Shown piece after piece: positions 54,201 through 64,000 of a DNA stretch of 64,000 bases (position 1 is the stretch's first letter; each line of letters opens with the position of its first letter). The DNA lies in assembly GCA_964016885.1 (NCBI GenBank), contig OZ024740.1, positions 195,672,001 through 195,736,000 of the forward strand, written 5' to 3'. This DNA is from Eledone cirrhosa. Its lineage: Eukaryota. The position numbers and the translations under genes are program-made. Below the pieces are notes generated by a model. The model had not been told where the DNA came from. It searched no databases and worked only from the letters and a program-made list of their open reading frames with translations.

Positions 54201-55486
54201 CCAAACATGGAAGCACGGCCTAGAATCAAAAGGCCTTAAAATTAACCTGGCTAAGACTAAAGTTCTAGTTTGTAGGAAAGAAAATAAGGCGCCGGTCCCT
54301 TCCGGGAAATGGCCATGCTCAGTGTGTAGGAAAGGCGTAGGTAGAAACTCCATTTTATGTCCCAAATGCAAAGTATGGGTGCATAAAAGATGTAGTGGGA
54401 TCATAGGTAAGCTAACTAAGAACATAGATTTTACATGTGGCCAGTGCTCTGGTGCAATAAGTAGCAGCAAGTGCCCACAAAATACTAGCTCTTTCAATTG
54501 CGCAGAGGGTTCTATAGAAATAGTGGACAGTTTCCGTTACCTGGGTGACAAAATCAGCAGTGGGGGAGGGTGCTCTGAAAGTACAGTAGCTAGAGTCAGA
54601 ACTGGATGGAAAAAGTTCAGAGAGCTTATACCACTATTAGCCGCTAAAGGGTTCTCCCTAAAAATGAAAGGCAGGCTGTATGATGCCTGCATACGAACAG
54701 CAATGTTGCATGGCAGTGAGACCTGGGCATTGTGTGCAGAGGATATACGCAGACTAGAGAGGAACGAAGCTTGCATGCTCCGATTGGATGTGTAATAGTA
54801 ATATACGCGAACGGCAAAGCATAAACGAACTAAGGGAAAAATTAGAGATAAGAGGGATCAGATGTTGTTTACTCGAGAGAAGGCTACGTTGGTATGGTCA
54901 CGTGATGCGCATGAAAGACGACAGCTGTATAAAAAAGTGCAGGGCAATAAAGATAGACGGTAGCCACGGAGTAGGCAGACCCAGAAAAACCTGGGACAAC
55001 CTGATAAACTCCGACCTCACACACTTACACCTCTCCAAGACAATGTCACTGGACCGAGATCTTTGGCGGCATGCAGTAATAGAGAAGACCCGCCTTACCT
55101 AAATACAAAGTAAAACCTACTACAGTCAGTAGGCATCTCTAACAAAAATACACCCCCGTCCCACCACCCCCACCTCATCCACACCGCCCCTTTCAATGTA
55201 AAGTTATGTTGGTGCCACAACATCCAGGCCGAAACAAATGAGATCGTGTAGGTGTCACGACAAAAAAACACACAGTCCACACTGTAATGTGGCCGTGTAG
55301 GCAACACGGTAAAAACCTCCCAGTCCCACACTGTAAATGTGGTCGGTGTTAGGAAGGGCATCCAGCTGTAGAAAACCCGCCAGACAGTCCTATGCGAGCA
55401 AGACAACCACTCTTGCCTCAAGTGGGAAAACTCCCGTCCAAACCCATGCAAGCGTGGAACATGGACGTTAAACGATGATGATGATG
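51299..55486 (+). mobile_element. Near-full-length RTE-clade LINE (APE endonuclease + reverse transcriptase), 4188 bp, with frameshifts
   Basis: APE motifs (GTINVGTL, CIQETRW, ISAYVPQ, GDLNGHVG, SQVDYIL) and RT motifs (YRGIKL, QFGF, DLEKAFDRV, GVHQGSVLSP, YADD). The 3' UTR ends in (GAT)n. ATTCTA is duplicated at 51293-51298 and 55487-55492, splitting a SINE. Frame breaks at about 52425-52475 and about 54783. Confidence 0.96.
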
Positions 55487-56693
55487 ATTCTATCTGATGT
55501 TCTAATGACTCTACCAATTCATCGCTTTAAATAGTAAAGATACCATAAATATTTTAATCAACCAACCTAATTTTAGATATTTTCTGCTAAACCATTACAG
55601 GATGTTAAGAGTTAAATAACTAAATGTTTCATATAAAATAAGATTAATTCAACTAACTGTACCCCAACCATTACAGCTACTTGATTTGTCATAAGAAATT
55701 AATATTGTTTGTCACTTAAGCATAGTGATTTGGTAGAAATTATACTATATTAATCAAGGATGGGAAAATCCAAGAGTCCCCCACTTTGCACCCGCTATTG
55801 GAGAAAAAGTCGATGGCAAGCATGTCAGAAGTCAAATTTGTCAAAAATTCAGAAAAAAACTTAAATATTACCAATTTTAATTAGTGTTATTAGCGGTCAA
55901 CGTACTAACCAAACTTTCTTTTTATAAGTATTATAGATATAAATATATGCGTGTGTGTGTATATATATACATACATACACACACACACACAATCATGTGG
56001 CTGGTGAAAAGGGAGATAATTAGAAGTTGCACTAACAGAATGGTTCATTATACGATATGTTTATATGTATAATGAGAGAGAATTAAACCCAGTACTTGAC
56101 TGGTACTTTATCACCCCAACCACCAACCCCACCTAAAGGTGAAAGGTGAAGTGGAAATCAAAGAGATTTGAATTCAAACCATGGTGGGCCAGAATAAATA
56201 CTGCAAGACACTCTATTCAATGCTCCACCAACTCTAATTCACAGCCTAGTATAGAGCCTAGTATAGAGTCTTTAGAATGTGTATTATGAAAAATAGACAT
56301 CTGTAAAGACTGTCTCAAGCCTGGAGGTTCATCAGGACAGAGCTTATCCTGGTTTCCATGGCATTAAGTAACAGAGTACAAGACTTCCGCTGGACAGGAC
56401 ACCAGTCTATCGCAGGGTTAAACCCCCAGCTATTGCTACTGGTATTCATTTTCAGCTGAGTATACTGGAGCAATGTGAAATTAACTGGTCTGCTAAAGAA
56501 CACCACACAACCCAGTCCAGGCCACACGCCTCCACACTTACTTTAATAATATAGAAATACAAAAATTTATGGAAACCACTTTACCTTTATGCTATATGAA
56601 CCAAAAGGGTGTAAAACAAAACAAGAGCAAAAGAAAAATTAAAATACAGAAATAAGATGATGATGATGTTTATAATATATGATAAAGACTTAC

Positions 56694-56886
56694 TTTTGTG
56701 TTGTGTAATTTGGCAAGTGCAGAACATGCAGAGGCCAAAAGAAAGTCACCACTCAAAATAGCCATTTTGTTACCAAAGTCTAAATTACGTCTTTCACTAC
56801 TGTCAACTGTCTTTAGATTTAAAACCCCTTTATGGATCAGAGTAGCTGTGTGGATCATCTCAGTTAATTCAGCAAGACAGCGCTGA
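56694..56886 (-). CDS. PDSS2: PDSS2 internal exon, 193 bp
   Basis: Acceptor ttttcag and donor gtaagt. Translates [24 protein letters not shown]...[28 protein letters not shown], a trans-prenyltransferase region. The first DDxxD motif is replaced by HKGVL, which is diagnostic of PDSS2/DLP1 rather than PDSS1. Confidence 0.96.
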
Positions 56887-58112
56887 CTGAAAATGTAAAA
56901 GAAGAACGATAATCAGACAGGAACATTTTAAATGATTTCAACATGGATTTCTTGGTATTTAACTTCACTACTTTAAAGGTCAAAGATGATTGCTTGTATG
57001 AAAAGTATAATGAGAGGGATACATTTAAATTATTTCTAACTATCCAGGGTCTTCTCATTCCTGTTGACCTCCACCACCTTCTGTTTGGTTTTGGTCATGT
57101 CAGAGTGTAGACGTACTTACCACACTTTGCCTATTGTGGGTTGGTGAGGCTATATGACTCATAGTTAGGGTGGATGGCTGTTGACTGGGTAGTTCATCGA
57201 CCCTTTTAACAACTCTTGTTTTTTGTACTGCTGGAGTTCCACTTACCCTCCTCACTAGACCAGGATCAGTTGGGGGAGCCGGTTTAATCGCTGACCACTC
57301 AACCATGAAACAGGTTGTATTGGGTTACATGGTACAAGTAGCAGACAAGTCTTACCTGACTATAACATAAGTACAAGGCTTCAAATGAAATTTTGGCGTG
57401 GGGCGTAAGATATAGTCAACTATATCAACCTTAGTACTTGCCTGGTATTTATTTTATCAACTCCAGAAAGATAAATAGTATAATTGACCATGACAGGATT
57501 TGAACTCAGAATGTAAATGGCTGTAATTAAACAGCACAGAGCATCTTTTTCTGACTTTTCAACAATTTTACCAATCCACCACTGTCCTAGAGATGTATCT
57601 AATGCCCCACCTTCCCTCCCATATACCTCCCACATTGTAATCAACTCACCTTTAAATCTACCTCATCAATTCCACATGCATCTCCCCCACCCAAGTCCCC
57701 AATCCATACTATAAAGTGGTCATCTCGGTACCACAACAAAAAACACCCAGCCCAAACTATAAAGTCATCGTGTTGGTGACATGACAAAAAGTGCCCAGCC
57801 CACACTGTAAAGTGGTTGTGTAGGTATCATGACAAAAGGCACCCACTATACACTGTAAATGTGGTTGGTGTTAGGAAGGGCTTCCAGCCAAAATCAGTTC
57901 TGTGAGCAAAACCGTCCTCCAACCTGGCTTGTCTCACGAGACAGCTCAGCTAACCCATGCTAGTGTGGAAAATGGACATTAAACAATAATGATGATGACT
58001 TATGAACCATATTCAAAAGCAATGATTCTCAGCATGGACCCTTAGGTCCAGAAGTGGGCCCAAGAATTTTTTTAAATGAGCCTAAAGTTGACCCACGGAA
58101 ATAGGTGAGATT

Positions 58113-58149
<37 letters not shown>

Positions 58150-58574
58150 CACCGACATAAAATTATGAAAACACAAACTTCATTACTTATTTTTACTACA
58201 TTTTGCTTTTGTAAATAAAATGTATTTCTTGTTACATGGAATTTCTATTTGTGCTTATGTGAGCCTGATATTTTTTAAACCAAAAATTGGGCCAAAAGAA
58301 AAAGATATGGTCATAGTGTCAAAAGTTTCTTTTTAAACCTTTGCTGTACGAAAAACATTGTTCATCTTCAAATTCTAAATGAGAAAATATTCCATTTTGG
58401 AAATTTCAGTCATTGTTATAGCGACATTTCAGCCATTGTTAAATTGATTCAATTCAAGAGTCAAATTAGATGGCATAGTTTGATTTTGTGCTAGGGAGAA
58501 GCACATCAAATGCCCTTTTTTAGTGAGGCACCTACAAAAGAAGTTCCTAGCTACTTGTAAACCACTATATCTGA

Positions 58575-59640
58575 CTTTTGTTGATCTGCCTTTGACAGAA
58601 TACCACAATCTGTCATTTGGTGATCCTTAGGCAAACTAGGTGTAGAAGAATGGCTTGTAATAGCAGTGCAAGCCATATACAGAGGAGCTGTAAAAGTATG
58701 TAATGAGTATAGTGAAGAATTAAAAGTGCAGGTTGGAGTTCATCAGGGCTCAGTCTTCAGCCCACACCCATTTAGTATAGTAATTCAAACCATTCAAGAC
58801 AGGTTGTCTATGGGAACTTCCGTATGCTCATGATCTGGTTCTTACAGCCAAATCAGTAGAAGAGCTAGTGAAGAAATTCTGGCTTTTGGAAACAGTCAAA
58901 AGGGCTTAGAGAAAACTTGGGAAAAACTAAAGTTTTGTTAAGTAGGAAAGAAAACAGGACTCTGATTCCATCAGAAAAGTGGCCCTTTTCGATATGAAGA
59001 ACCAGAGTAGGTAGTAACTCTATAAAATATACACAATGTAAATCTTTGTATACAAGTGGTGTAGTGGGATAGCATGGAGACTAACAGAAAAGGTAAACTT
59101 TGTATGCAGCAGATGCACATGGATAGTTAGTAATAAAATAAACATTTTCCAATCCCAGGAAGGCTCCAAAGAAATAGTTGATAGCTTCTGCTAATTAGTG
59201 GAGGAAGAGGCTGCATTGAGAGCCTAGTAGCCAGAGTAAGAACAGGATGGGAAAAGTTCAGAGAGTTACTACCTTTGTTGACAACAAAAGGCTTCTCTCT
59301 ACAAAAAAATGGCCACTGTGTGATGCCTGTGTGCAAAGCGTGATGTTGCATAGTAGTGAGACATAGGCAATATATGCATATGATATGCAAAGGCAAGAGA
59401 GAAATGAAAACAAGCATGCTCAGATAAATGTGCAATGTTAATGTACATGAACAACAAAGCATGGATGAGCTGAGAGAAAAGCTAGATATAAGAGGAATCA
59501 GATTTAGTGTGCAGGAGAGAAAACTCTGCTAGTATGGTCATGAGATGCATATGGATGATAATCATTGAGTGGAAGTGCCAAAAAATCCTAGTAGGAGGAC
59601 CAGGAGCCCTGAAAAGAGGTTGTAAGAGCTGATTTCAAAT
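58575..59640 (+). mobile_element. Degenerate RTE LINE fragment
   Basis: AFDRIP, VGVHQGSVFSP, WELPYAHDL and ARVRTGWEKFRELLPLL remnants with stops. Confidence 0.88.
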
Positions 59641-59848
59641 TAAACTATGGAATTTCTACAGAGTCAGCTAATATTATTTACAGCATTTGAGCAATTATAC
59701 AAATTCCTCTCTCTCTCTCTCCTTTCTTCCTCTCAGCTTGGTAGTAGTGGTGGCAGTGGTAGTAATGATAATGTTGATGAAAAGAGGTTTCATGAAAATA
59801 TCTGAAATTATGACACACATTTAGCACTTAATTGCAAATATGACTTAC

Positions 59849-59977
59849 CTTGGGTAAATTCCATCAATGCTGTCGTCATCAAGAGTGGAATTAGGACAGG
59901 AACCAGCAGATTTGGCAATTAGAAGAACAATAAGCCCACACATCTGGAAATTATGTTTGCCATCATGTAGTAGGCTC
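59849..59977 (-). CDS. PDSS2: PDSS2 (decaprenyl-diphosphate synthase subunit 2) internal exon, 129 bp
   Basis: Acceptor ttttatcttcag and donor gtaagt. Translates (R)SLLHDGKHNFQMCGLIVLLIAKSAGSCPNSTLDDDSIDGIYP(S), matching the PDSS2 segment 'LRGLVVLLISKAAG...GIY'. Its phase joins the next exon (AG|T = Ser). Confidence 0.93.
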
Positions 59978-60030
59978 CTGAAGATAAAAATTTCAATTGG
60001 AAAAAAAAAATAATTTTAATTTCAACTTAC

Positions 60031-60414
60031 ATAATTGTTTCTACTTTTGGCACAAGGCCAGCAATTATCCCAGTGTATTACCGGTGCTTTATTTTATCGA
60101 CCCCGTAAGGATGAAAGGCAAAGTTAACCTCGGCGGGATTTGAACTCAGACCATAAAGGGCCGTAACTCTTTGCTGCAAAGCATGGCGTCCGACCCTCTA
60201 CCGATACTGCCAATCCACTTACATATCATAATCGTTTCTACTTTTGGCACAAGGCCAGCAATTACCCAGTGCATTACTGGTACTTTATTTTATCGACCCC
60301 GTAAGGATGAAAGGCAAAGTTAACCTCGGCGGGATTTGAACTCAGAATGGCAAGGGCCGTAACTCTATGTGTCAAAGCATGGCATCCGACCCTCTACCGA
60401 TACTGCCAATCCAC
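60031..60414 (-). mobile_element. Two tandem copies of the young tRNA-SINE
   Basis: 60031-60218 and 60228-60414 are each reverse complements of the 10781 element. Confidence 0.92.
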
Positions 60415-61261
60415 ATAAGACCTAGGTTTTCTGTAAATAAAAAAAAATCTTTTAATTATCCAGATCTTATATGCGAAGTTGAGCCAGTGTTTACCAAGAC
60501 ACTGGACTTGTACCTAACATAATATATTTATGTTAATGACTGCTGCTTTTGTCTGATTTACTAACATTTTCATCTCTTCAACTTTCATCATCATTTTTAC
60601 ATCAATGTTTCCATACTGACATGGATTGGATAGGATTTTTTCAGGAAATGTTTTACAGCCAGATGCCCTTCCTAACACACACCCATTTAATCACTTCTTA
60701 CAACACCCAGCAATATGGTGTACCTATTCTAAACCAGATACATTTTTATAAAATGTTGACTGTTATAGCCAAGCTACTTTTGTTCTCTCTAATTAATTAC
60801 AAGAAATTATTATCAAAAAGATTTTTTCTGTTGTTTAATTGCATGAATTTTCAGCATATTTTTTCCTGCTATACTGCTATTACATGTTTTAAGAACATTA
60901 GATGCTTACCCAAATAAAATGTTCTTTATACTAGTGGCAAGTTTTTTCATATGAAATCATGTGTTGAAACAAATAGTTATATTTGGGAAGAGTCATGCCT
61001 TAATATTGCCAGAAAAATATAGTAAAACACACTCAGTCCCAGAGGTCTTATTTGTCATCAGATACAAACAGTTATAGTGTACAAACAATACATTAGATCT
61101 ATCTGGGATTGTGCTTGTTTAGACTACATCCCAATCTCCCCACAACAAATAAAAACTGTACAATATACAGGGCAATAAGGAAACATAAAAAGAAAGGAAA
61201 AGAAGAAAAAAAGGAATTAAGCAATGAAAAAAAAGAAGAGTGGAGGGAGTGACACACTACA

Positions 61262-61490
61262 CCCCTGTCTCAGCTGTCTTTCAGCTTCACCCTACAGACA
61301 AAATGGCAAAGGTGTTGCCGCAGAGAAGGGCCAGTGACACCTACAGCAACAGCCATCCAAACTGATTGAGCTCCTTCCTCAGGCAGGCTGCTGTCTTTCC
61401 AGTTTTACGAAGGAAATCAGCAGTGCAGGAACCAAGGACACCTGAGGTCTCAATGACAACCAGTACAGAAAGGAAGTAGTCAGTCAAGCA
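61262..61490 (-). mobile_element. Relic of the RLE/CRE-like element 3' end
   Basis: LTDYFLSVLVVIETSGVLGSCTADFLRKTG...GWLLL*VSLALLCGNTFAILSVG. Clearly homologous to 42040-42295. Confidence 0.72.
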
Positions 61491-61617
61491 AAAATTATAA
61501 AGACAGAACACAAAACAGTGAGATTTCACATCATCATAGGTTGCACACAGACCACACCCTCAAATTACTTACTGAAATAAAACTACTAAAAATTAAATAT
61601 CACTTAGACATGCAAGT

Positions 61618-61865
61618 GGAGGTGCATGGCCTAGTGGTAAGGGTGTTGGACTTATAATCCTAATATCATTGGTTCAATTCCTGGGCTGAGTTGGGTATTA
61701 TATTCTTGCGCAAAACACTTAATTTCATGTTACTCCAGTATACTCAGTTGAAAATGAGTACTCTCCAAGGGGAAGTCTTGTACACTCAGTTACTTAATGC
61801 CACAGAAACTAGGATAAACACTGGCCTGATGAGCCTCCGGGCTTGTGACAGACTTTGGACTTTAC
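61618..61865 (+). mobile_element. Second tRNA-derived SINE family with a CORE-like domain (also 33195-33425 +, 56305-56522 -)
   Basis: A-box TGGCCTAGTGG, B-box GGTTCAATTCC, then ttcttg(a/c)gcaaaacactt...cagctgaaaatgagtac. Confidence 0.8.
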
Positions 61866-64000
61866 ATTTAGACTTCAAGGAGCACTTTTATTGTTGCAGC
61901 AAACTCCAACATTCTGTCCCTACCACTACATATTCAATAACCTTCATATACACCTACATCACTCCTACAATACCACCATATAAAATATTAAGTCCAGATA
62001 AACATGAACACATACACACATGCAAATAGCAGCAGCATGAGAGCCACACAATCGGCTAAAAGTAGCAACTAAATATCTTACAAACTACACTCTACCTTAC
62101 TTTTTAAAAAAGCACATATTAGTGAATTATGGTGGTAAATTAGCAGAATCATTATAACATCAGACTTACAGTATTTATTCTAACTTTATGTTCTGAGTTC
62201 AAATGCCACTGGGGTCAGCTTAGCTTTTTATCCATTTAAGGTTCATGAAATAAAATACCAATCCAAGGCAGTAGGTCTGCAGAATTGTTAGTGTTGGACA
62301 AAATATCTTGCAATATATATTCCATCTATATATTCAGGGTTCATCTGTGACTACATTGATACCAAACTGTATCTGCCCTGCTGTTTAAGCAGCTGCTGGT
62401 CTTCTACAAAACCCCTCGCAGAAAGCCTGCACCATGCAGAGGGAGTTTCCTTAATGCAAATACATGGTAACTACTAACTGGCGAAAGGCTTAGAAGATAA
62501 ACTATATTTGAAAAGACAAGTTTAATCACAGCTAGAATACTTTTGATCCAAGGTCTCATTCACCAGTGTTGACAAGAACAACAGCCTTATTGATATCAAA
62601 TACTGTACTGGGATGCACTCCACCAAATATAACTGCAAAAGAACAGCAACTATCATACTCAAAACAAGTTCAGCTAGTCTGCTTCCACTGTTGTCACCAA
62701 CAGAATCTATAGGTATTCTAGATAAGTTGGATAACAGAATTCTATACACAGCTTTTTAAATAAAACAAGATGGTGATGGTCATGGCTGGAACGGCTTTCA
62801 TGATAGGTTTGTTTCCTCAAGCTGAACGGTGACGAAACAACTCTAAACTACATTAGCAGTGGCTCAAAAACTTAACTCACTAAATGTTTTCTTATCTTTC
62901 AAACAATATTGGACATGGTCAATGATGTAGTCTGAAAAAAGGGTGTGGTCACGGCTAGAATGTCTTAGAGCATAGACCTGCTCAATTAGGACTCCTCCTT
63001 GGGTTAAACAATAATAACAGGAATGCAAGCATTTAGGAATAGACTGGAGGTGCAGAATAACATATCTAGACGGCCACATCGCATCCCATTCTATGAAGCG
63101 AGTTTCGCGAAATAGGAAAATGAAAACATCTTGTCTCATGCTCTACTTATATATACACCGCGCCCCAGCAGACGAACGAGCCCTAAACCTAAAGGATGAA
63201 AGTTCAGAATAAGCACATCATGTATCTGTCAGTACGCTTTGTTTTTGTTTTGTTTTGCATTGTTTATTTGTTTTTTGCTGTTTTCTGGGGGGGGGGGGGG
63301 GGCTACATATTTGACAGGAGATATGACTATCCTCAAAAATCTTTTCTTTTTCTTTAATTTCAACTTGCAGAGTGATATGTTTGTTGTTGTCGTTTAGTAG
63401 TAATTCAGCCCTGGTCAACCAGTCTTATGCTCAAATGCTTTACTGTCGCGACCATTTAATCTTTTCCGGATGTGCAAGGAACTCCGCATTATATTTCCTA
63501 CAAGCTGTTTTAGTTTTGAATATAGTAAAGTGCGATTTTAGGGAGATTTTGTTGCTATTCTGGCAGGTGGAGTACTATGTAGAGGCTATCTGGTAACGGA
63601 TGGGTGAAGGAAAAGTTTTATAATCAACATAAGGAGCGTGGGGCGTTAAATATAACAGCGAACATAGTGATCTTGAGAAAGAACGCGAATTACAAAACAG
63701 GGTTTATATAACGTGGATCCGGACAAAAAAAAAACATTGAATTTAGCTCTAAGGTTCTCGTGAAGACAGGGTCAAATGTTTGCTGGTGGTGTCAGTGGCT
63801 TGGAACAAAAAAAAAAAATAACTAAAGAATGGATTGTCTTTTTTTCTCTTCGAAGACAAGTGCCCGGTATATTAGATTTTTCACTCTACACAGAAAATTA
63901 ACATTATTTTTTGTCTACAGACTTTTATAGACTAACTTTTACCGACGAAGGCCAATATTAGTTTCCTTGGACTCCGGATAGTAACTAAATAGTGGTTTCT

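Noticed and set aside
61824-61850. CTGATGA-GCC(TCCG)GGC as a hammerhead
   Set aside because: No GAAA follows stem II. It is the 3' hairpin of the SINE tail.
62300-64000. PDSS2 exon 1 or promoter
   Set aside because: CpG content rises toward the window end, but no EAEKIVGYPTSF-like coding sequence was found, so exon 1 probably lies beyond 64000.

Overview
AT-rich, repeat-dense eukaryotic genomic DNA. The SINE, LINE and microsatellite landscape suggests an octopus or other coleoid cephalopod (inference). The only host coding sequence I can support is three internal minus-strand exons (59849-59977, 56694-56886, 50575-50823) of a PDSS2 ortholog (decaprenyl-diphosphate synthase subunit 2). Its first exon and C-terminal exons were not recognised, so most of the window is probably intron. 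The rest is mobile DNA: a near-full-length young RTE-clade LINE with a target-site duplication and an embedded PHD-type finger (51299-55486), a near-identical 5'-truncated copy in the opposite orientation (37034-39313), many older RTE fragments, tRNA-derived SINEs, Tc1/mariner (including DD37D), Tigger/pogo, hAT and piggyBac-type elements, three relics of an RLE-type (CRE-like) non-LTR retrotransposon, and long micro/minisatellites. The most striking unexplained signal is a dispersed set of minimal type I hammerhead-ribozyme motifs of the Penelope-associated kind. Several sit at the inner turn of small ORF-less palindromic elements. Nearly all listed ORFs outside the exons and transposons are microsatellite or antisense artefacts.
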